A stretch of 12,021 bases of DNA from Verrucomicrobiota bacterium (GTDB lineage: Bacteria > Verrucomicrobiota > Verrucomicrobiia > Verrucomicrobiales > DEV007): positions 1-12,021 of the forward strand of contig JASFYY010000102.1 of assembly GCA_045046875.1 (NCBI GenBank). The letters run 5' to 3'. A program made the position numbers and the translations under genes. Below, one piece after another: positions 7,289-12,021 of the stretch; position 1 is the stretch's first letter; every line of letters begins with the position of its first letter. The notes under the pieces were generated by a model that saw nothing but the letters and a program-made list of their open reading frames with translations, ran no database searches and was not told where the DNA came from.

Positions 7289-8122
7289 TTATTTAAACTC
7301 AGGGAAAAAGGGGTTGTGTTGTTTTTCTTCGGCGATGCTGCTGATGGGGCCGTGGCCGGGACAGAGGATGGTATTGTCGGGTAGGGTGAGGATTTTCTGG
7401 CGGTTGTTTTGCAGGGCGTCGGTGAAGGATATTTGCCCACCCCCCATGGAGCCGGCGAACATGGCATCGCCGACGATGGCGATGGGGCGGGCCAGGCCCT
7501 CGATGAAATAGGTGGTGCCGCCGATGGAGTGACCGCTGGTGGTGAAGGTGTGCACGCTGAGATTGCCAATGGCAAAGCTGGTGCCTTCATCGAACAGGGC
7601 GCTGCCGGCTTGAGGCTCGAGGCGGTTGCAGTAGATGGAAGTGTCCGGATCGCAACCTTGCTGCAAGGTGTCGAGGTCGGCGATGTGGTCACCGTGGGTG
7701 TGGGTGATGAAAATGGATTTGAGCTTCAGTTGTCGTGCGTCCACTGCAGCGAGGATCGCACTGGCATCGGTTCCGGTGTCGAAGGCGGCGGCGATCTGCG
7801 TTTGCGGATCCCAGACGAGGAAGGCGTTGACCAGCATGTCATGCCAGGGAGTGTTAAATTGCTGCAGACCTTCGAGTTCGACGTTTTGTGGGTGCCACTG
7901 TTTTTTTGCCGAGACGACCAAGGCGCCTGGATCGAGGCCGAGAGCGGATGCCAACGTGCGCAGTGGGTTTTCATCCTGGTCACTAAATTGCCCTTGCAGG
8001 AATTGCCGGATGAGGGATTCGCTGACGCCGGTCTTTTTGCTCAGTTGGGAGGTGGAGAAACCGAGGCCGCGCATGCTTTTGCCAAGAATGTCTTCAAAAA
8101 AGTCTTCAATGGAAATTTTCAT
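7289..8122 (-). CDS. MBL-fold metallo-hydrolase (glyoxalase II/YcbL-like) with N-terminal XRE-type helix-turn-helix
   Basis: 277 aa with THTHGDH (7685-7705), TSGHSIGG, VGDAMFAGSMG and LCPGHGP..S...EKQHNPF. The N-terminal ~70 aa (RGLGFSTSQLSKKTGVSESLIRQFLQG...LASALGLD) resemble a Cro/XRE HTH. Confidence 0.88.
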   Translation of the reverse strand: MKISIEDFFEDILGKSMRGLGFSTSQLSKKTGVSESLIRQFLQGQFSDQDENPLRTLASALGLDPGALVVSAKKQWHPQNVELEGLQQFNTPWHDMLVNAFLVWDPQTQIAAAFDTGTDASAILAAVDARQLKLKSIFITHTHGDHIADLDTLQQGCDPDTSIYCNRLEPQAGSALFDEGTSFAIGNLSVHTFTTSGHSIGGTTYFIEGLARPIAIVGDAMFAGSMGGGQISFTDALQNNRQKILTLPDNTILCPGHGPISSIAEEKQHNPFFPEFK

Positions 8123-8123
8123 A

Positions 8124-8144
8124 ATTCTATATTCTGAATTCTAG
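8124..8144. repeat. Degenerate tandem heptamer ATTCTNN x3
   Basis: ATTCTAT-ATTCTGA-ATTCTAG fills most of the 25-bp gap between the MobA-FdhD and MBL genes. Confidence 0.55.
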
Positions 8145-8147
8145 CTC

Positions 8148-9587
8148 CTATTTAACCATCCGTTGTTCGCCAGCGTAAAGGTTGAAACTTTGATCGCGCA
8201 GGAAGCCGATCAGGGTTTGTCCGGATTGGCGGGCAAATTTAACTGCCAGGCTGCTGGGGGCGGATAGTCCGACGACAAAGGGGATGCCGGCGGCGAGGGC
8301 TTTTTGCATCAGCTCGAATGAGATGCGGCCACTGAGCAGCAGGATGGTATTTTCGAGTGGCGTGGATTGTTCGAGCAGGGCGTGACCGATGATTTTATCC
8401 AGCGCGTTGTGGCGTCCGACGTCTTCACGGATGACTTGCAGTTGTCCGTCGCTGGAGAAAAGTGCGGAGGCATGCAAACCTCCGGTTTGGTGAAAGTTCT
8501 TTTGTTGTTGTTTCAGTTGGGTAGGCAGTGAGAGCAGGTCCTGGACGGTGACTTGCATGTTATCCTGAGCTAGCGGAGGGAAGGATTGGAAAACTGAATC
8601 GATGCTGGTTTTGCCACAGACTCCGCAACTGGACGAGGTGAAAACATGGCGGGAGAGTTGATCCAGTTCGGCGCAGTTTCCTTTTTTGAGTAGCACATCC
8701 AGCACATGACCCTGGGGGTTATCATCTGACTGGGTGTTTTGGCATTGCGAAATTTCAAAGAGGTCGTCAACGTGGCGAATGACATTTTCGGACAATAGGA
8801 ATCCGGCAGCGAGTTCGCGGTCGTGGCCGGGGGTGCGCATCAGCACGGCGATGCTTTTCCCCTCGATGCGAAGTTCAACCGGCTCCTCGACCGCCACGAG
8901 GTCGGGTTGGGTGCTTGGGGAAAATTCAGCGGGGGTTGTGGTTGCCGTTGATGCTTTCCACTGCTCGATGTCGAATGACAAAACTTCGCCGTATTTTAAA
9001 TCCTGCAGATCCTGCTGGGTATTGAGATTGGAAAAGAGGGGTTTTTCGCTATCAGTGATTTTTCGTTCGATCAGGAGTTCTTCGTCAACACACTGCTGGA
9101 TGAATTTTTGTAAGGACAACTGACCGGCGGCGAGGTGCGTTTTGATTTTTGGCAGCAGGCTGCGCGGGTAAACCGCGGCGAGTGGTTCCCAGTAACGTCC
9201 GCTGCGTGGTACAACGCCTTGTCCGCTTTGCTCTGCCTGTTTGATCAGATGGTGTAGGTAGGCGGGGCTGATTTGTGGCAGGTCAACGGCGAGCACCAGT
9301 AAAAATCTGGCTTGGCTGTGCTCCAGGCAGGAGGCGAGCGCACTCAGCGGGCCTTGTTCGGCTACTTGATCGCAGACCCGTTCGACGCCGTCAGGCAGGT
9401 CGGCGAGTTGTTGTCCGCTGCGGATGGAGATCAGCAGCGGGAGAGGGGTGAGCTGGCGCAGTTTGGCCAGTTGAGTCAGGTAGAGCGCCTTTTCGCCGGC
9501 TTCGCAGATGAGCAGACTTTTGTCCTCACCCATGCGGGAGGATTTTCCTCCGACCAACAAAGCGGCTGCTGTTTGGTCAGAGCTCAT
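8148..9587 (-). CDS. fdhD: Fusion of molybdenum cofactor guanylyltransferase (MobA-like, N-terminal) and formate dehydrogenase accessory sulfurtransferase FdhD (C-terminal)
   Basis: Likely start is the ATG at 9587 (MSSDQT, 479 aa), which avoids overlap with the upstream gene. MobA motifs: LLVGGKSSRMGEDK, GPLSAL, AVDLP, EPLAAVY, NLNTQQDL. FdhD motifs: VAVEEP, MRTPGHDRELAAGFLLSE, SSCGVCG, TGGLH, REDVGRHNALDK, SGRISFELMQKA, SAPSSLAV. There is no stop between the halves. Confidence 0.9.
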   Translation of the reverse strand: MSSDQTAAALLVGGKSSRMGEDKSLLICEAGEKALYLTQLAKLRQLTPLPLLISIRSGQQLADLPDGVERVCDQVAEQGPLSALASCLEHSQARFLLVLAVDLPQISPAYLHHLIKQAEQSGQGVVPRSGRYWEPLAAVYPRSLLPKIKTHLAAGQLSLQKFIQQCVDEELLIERKITDSEKPLFSNLNTQQDLQDLKYGEVLSFDIEQWKASTATTTPAEFSPSTQPDLVAVEEPVELRIEGKSIAVLMRTPGHDRELAAGFLLSENVIRHVDDLFEISQCQNTQSDDNPQGHVLDVLLKKGNCAELDQLSRHVFTSSSCGVCGKTSIDSVFQSFPPLAQDNMQVTVQDLLSLPTQLKQQQKNFHQTGGLHASALFSSDGQLQVIREDVGRHNALDKIIGHALLEQSTPLENTILLLSGRISFELMQKALAAGIPFVVGLSAPSSLAVKFARQSGQTLIGFLRDQSFNLYAGEQRMVK

Positions 9588-9609
9588 CGGGCATGGTGCT
9601 GGAGAAGAC

Positions 9610-10611
9610 TCAGTTACCAAAAACGCGCACGTCGGCGTCTTTGCGCAAGCGTTTGAGCCAGTCTTCGACGATCTTTTGGCGTTTTTCCTGAGTGACCATT
9701 TTATCGACTTGTTCATGGACCTCGCTCAGTGGCGGGGTTTTGCCTTCTTGTTTGGCATCGAGGTAGAGCAGGCGCCAATCACTGCCGTCGTCGATGACTT
9801 GGCTGACTTTTCGCGGTTCGAGGCTGAAGGCGATGTCGGTGATTTTTTTGTTCAAGGCATCTTTGCCGATGGTGCCGGCGCTGCCGCCCTCGGAAGCGAA
9901 GCTGTCCTGGGAATAGGTTTTGGCCATGGTGGCGAATTCGGCTCCGTCGAGAAGTTTTTTGCGAATTTCTTCGATCAAAGCTTTTTGTGAGGAGGCCGCC
10001 GCGGGGCCTTCACTGGTTTTTTTAGGGATGGAAAGCATGCGTAATTTGACAAAGCTGTCGCTGGCAAACTGGCTGCGGTTTTTTTGATAAACGGCTTGGC
10101 GTTGTTTGGGGGTATTGACCATGATACGTCCCCCCGAGTTCTGCGAACGCATCGCACCGACGATGATTTGTTCTTCCTGGATTTTTCTGAAGTCGGGGAA
10201 AGTGAGACCGGATTTCTGCAGCTCTTCATTGAACTTTTTGCGATCACCTTTGAATCGATCCCGGACGATGCGGTCGACGGCTTGGTCGATGTATTGGCGT
10301 TTGATCACTCCACCTTTGGTTTTGAACTCGGCGAGGATCAGTTTGCGGTCGATGAGATCCTTGAGCGCAGCGGCCTGGATCTCTTTGATTTTGGCATCGC
10401 GGTCAGCAGCCGTGGCGGTTTGGTTTTGGAACAGCCACAGTTGGACCTGGGTCATCACAGCTCCGGAGACTTCGGCTTTGGTTACCACTTCCCCGTTGAC
10501 GGTGGCGGCGATGCCGTTGACTTCATCCGCAGCTTTGCTGGTCAGCGGCAAGAGGAAAAGCGCGCCGGTGCAGGCGAGCGTTAATAGGGTGGTGATTGAA
10601 GTGGATTTCAT
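9610..10611 (-). CDS. SurA/PpiC (parvulin-type) peptidyl-prolyl cis-trans isomerase, exported
   Basis: Likely start is the ATG at 10611 (MKSTSITTLLTLA..., signal peptide, 333 aa). SurA N-domain: GIAATVNGEVVT, LKDLIDRKLILAE. Rotamase motifs: FATMAKTYSQDSFASEGG, IAFSLEPRKVSQVI. The C-terminal helix is WLKRLRKDADV. Confidence 0.88.
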   Translation of the reverse strand: MKSTSITTLLTLACTGALFLLPLTSKAADEVNGIAATVNGEVVTKAEVSGAVMTQVQLWLFQNQTATAADRDAKIKEIQAAALKDLIDRKLILAEFKTKGGVIKRQYIDQAVDRIVRDRFKGDRKKFNEELQKSGLTFPDFRKIQEEQIIVGAMRSQNSGGRIMVNTPKQRQAVYQKNRSQFASDSFVKLRMLSIPKKTSEGPAAASSQKALIEEIRKKLLDGAEFATMAKTYSQDSFASEGGSAGTIGKDALNKKITDIAFSLEPRKVSQVIDDGSDWRLLYLDAKQEGKTPPLSEVHEQVDKMVTQEKRQKIVEDWLKRLRKDADVRVFGN

Positions 10612-10652
10612 GACAGATAACAGGTGGTCGTGCGGCAAGGCGGGAAGGAAAC

Positions 10653-10874
10653 CACACTACATGACATTTTTTTTTTAACCACTGATTTCACGGATTAGCA
10701 CTGATAGGAAAGAAGAATATAAACTGGAAGAATAATGCGAATTTGACTTGGCTAATTGTCTCCAGTGGTTTGATTCCGTCTATCTCCATTTGATTCAGGC
10801 TCGTTGCACTCTGTGTTGATCAGGGAAGGTGTCAGTGGTTGTATTCCTAGAATTTAAAAATGTCGTGTGGTGTG
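10653..10874. repeat. Second inverted-repeat-bounded element with CACTGAT-family ends plus an outer 19-bp IR
   Basis: Outer IR CACACTACATGACATTTTT (10653-10671) matches the reverse complement of 10856-10874 (CACACCACACGACATTTTT) at 17/19. Inner IR is AACCACTGA (10677-10685) / TCAGTGGTT (10832-10840). 10671-10687 is identical over 17 bp to 5798-5814. Confidence 0.75.
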
Positions 10875-10905
10875 AATGAGAATAGCAAATTTCTAGGGAA
10901 CCATG

Positions 10906-12021
10906 CTACAGGGTTTTGATTAGCTCAAGCGCGTTCTCTAATCGTTTGAGCTGATTTTTCCCTTTTAGACGCGGGAAGCGGCCGTTTGCTTGCAAATAAC
11001 CGCCTTTTTTTGTCAGCATCAGCTTGTTCTCTCGGATTTCGAGGGAGGAAATTCCGAACAAAGCGGCGCGCAGGCGCAATTCGGAGCAGATCAACAGGTG
11101 AAGGACCGGGGATGGCAAGGGGCCAAAACGATCGAGCCAGTTGTGTTCCAGTTTTTGTAGCTCGTCGAGCGAGGTGAGTTGGGCAAGGTGGCGGTAGGCG
11201 GTGATGCGCAGTTGTGAGTCGGGCATGTAAGCGGCTGGCACAAAGGCGGGCAGTGAGTCTTGGGGTGCTTGTAGGTATTGGGCTTCGGAAGTGGCGATGA
11301 AGTCGATGTGGAAAGACACTTCGATACGGGTCAGCTGGGTATCGCCTTTCATTTTGCCGACGGATTGTTTGAGCAATTGGCAATAGAGGTCGAAGCCGAT
11401 GGCGGCGATGTGGCCGCTCTGGCGAGTGCCGAGCAGATTGCCTGCGCCGCGGATTTCGAGATCGCGCATGGCGATTTTGAAGCCGGCGCCGAGCGCGCTG
11501 TATTGTTTGATCGCATTGATGCGCTTGCGCGCGTCTCCGCCGGTGACCATGTCACGGGGGAGCAACAAAAGGGCGTAGGCGCGGTGATCGGCGCGGCCGA
11601 CGCGGCCGCGCAGTTGGTAGAGGTCGGCCAGACCGAAGCGGTCGGCGCGGTCGATGATGATGGTATTGGCATTGGGGATGTCGAGTCCGCTTTCGATGAT
11701 GGTGGTGCAGACGAGCACATCGATGTCCCCGTTGATGAAGCGTCGCATGATGCCTTCGAGTTCGCCTTCTTCCATCTGGCCGTGGCCGATGGCGACCCGG
11801 GCGCCGGGACAGAGCAGCTCGATTTTTTTGTGCATGCCTTCGATCGATTTGACCCGGTTGTGGAGAAAATAAACCTGTCCCTGACGCTTCAGTTCGCGGT
11901 TGATGGCTTTGCGGATGAGTTTTTCATCGTAGGGACAAATAGTCGTTTGCACCGGGAAGCGGTTGATCGGCGGGGTGTCGATGGTGGACATGTCGCGGGC
12001 ACCCATCAGCGATAGGTAGAG
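10906..12021 (-). CDS. mfd: Transcription-repair coupling factor Mfd, C-terminal part (5' end lies outside the window)
   Basis: The frame is open to the window edge (LYLSLMGARDMS...). Motifs: GQVYFLHNRV, GHGQM, TTIIESGLDIPNANT, FGLADLYQLRGRVGR, the TRG motif GFKIAMRDLEIRGAGNLLG, and the TRCF domain YRHLA...DRFGPLP. Confidence 0.97.
   Translation of the reverse strand, partial: LYLSLMGARDMSTIDTPPINRFPVQTTICPYDEKLIRKAINRELKRQGQVYFLHNRVKSIEGMHKKIELLCPGARVAIGHGQMEEGELEGIMRRFINGDIDVLVCTTIIESGLDIPNANTIIIDRADRFGLADLYQLRGRVGRADHRAYALLLLPRDMVTGGDARKRINAIKQYSALGAGFKIAMRDLEIRGAGNLLGTRQSGHIAAIGFDLYCQLLKQSVGKMKGDTQLTRIEVSFHIDFIATSEAQYLQAPQDSLPAFVPAAYMPDSQLRITAYRHLAQLTSLDELQKLEHNWLDRFGPLPSPVLHLLICSELRLRAALFGISSLEIRENKLMLTKKGGYLQANGRFPRLKGKNQLKRLENALELIKTL

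Noticed and set aside
9588..9716. Longer N-terminus of MobA-FdhD given by the ORF track (start 9716)
   Set aside because: It overlaps the PPIase 3' end by over 100 bp. The MobA motif starts right after the ATG at 9587.
10612..10638. TTG start for the PPIase
   Set aside because: The ATG at 10611 gives a typical MK-led signal peptide.
10844..10900. Intrinsic terminator after mfd (CCTAGAA/TTCTAGG)
   Set aside because: The stem is short, the loop is ~38 nt, there is no proper U-tract and it overlaps the IR element.
11278..12015. Long antisense ORFs (e.g. 11278-12015 +, 2959-3810 -, 7409-8137 +, 10106-10678 +)
   Set aside because: These are shadow ORFs opposite well-supported genes and lack recognisable motifs.

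Overview
Chromosomal window of a moderately GC-rich bacterium, probably from the PVC superphylum and Verrucomicrobia-like (inferred from the gene families, not tested). It holds seven supportable CDSs. On the left, a signal-peptide-bearing M1 zinc aminopeptidase with HEAT repeats (-) sits divergent, across only 53 bp, from a PVC-type beta-propeller/HEAT/cytochrome c (CxxCH) protein (+). A DUF2059 protein (+) follows. On the minus strand run mfd (3' part), a SurA/PpiC-type PPIase, a MobA-FdhD fusion and an XRE-HTH/metallo-beta-lactamase-fold fusion. The most unusual DNA is non-coding. The 835-bp spacer at 5746-6580 stacks at least four unrelated palindromic repeat families. One family (inverted AACCACTGAT/CACTGAT decamer arrays around ~150-bp variable AT-rich cores) recurs at 10653-10874 inside a second 19-bp inverted-repeat pair. 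No transposase, CRISPR array or rRNA/tRNA gene was recognised. All family calls come from motif recognition by eye, not database searches.
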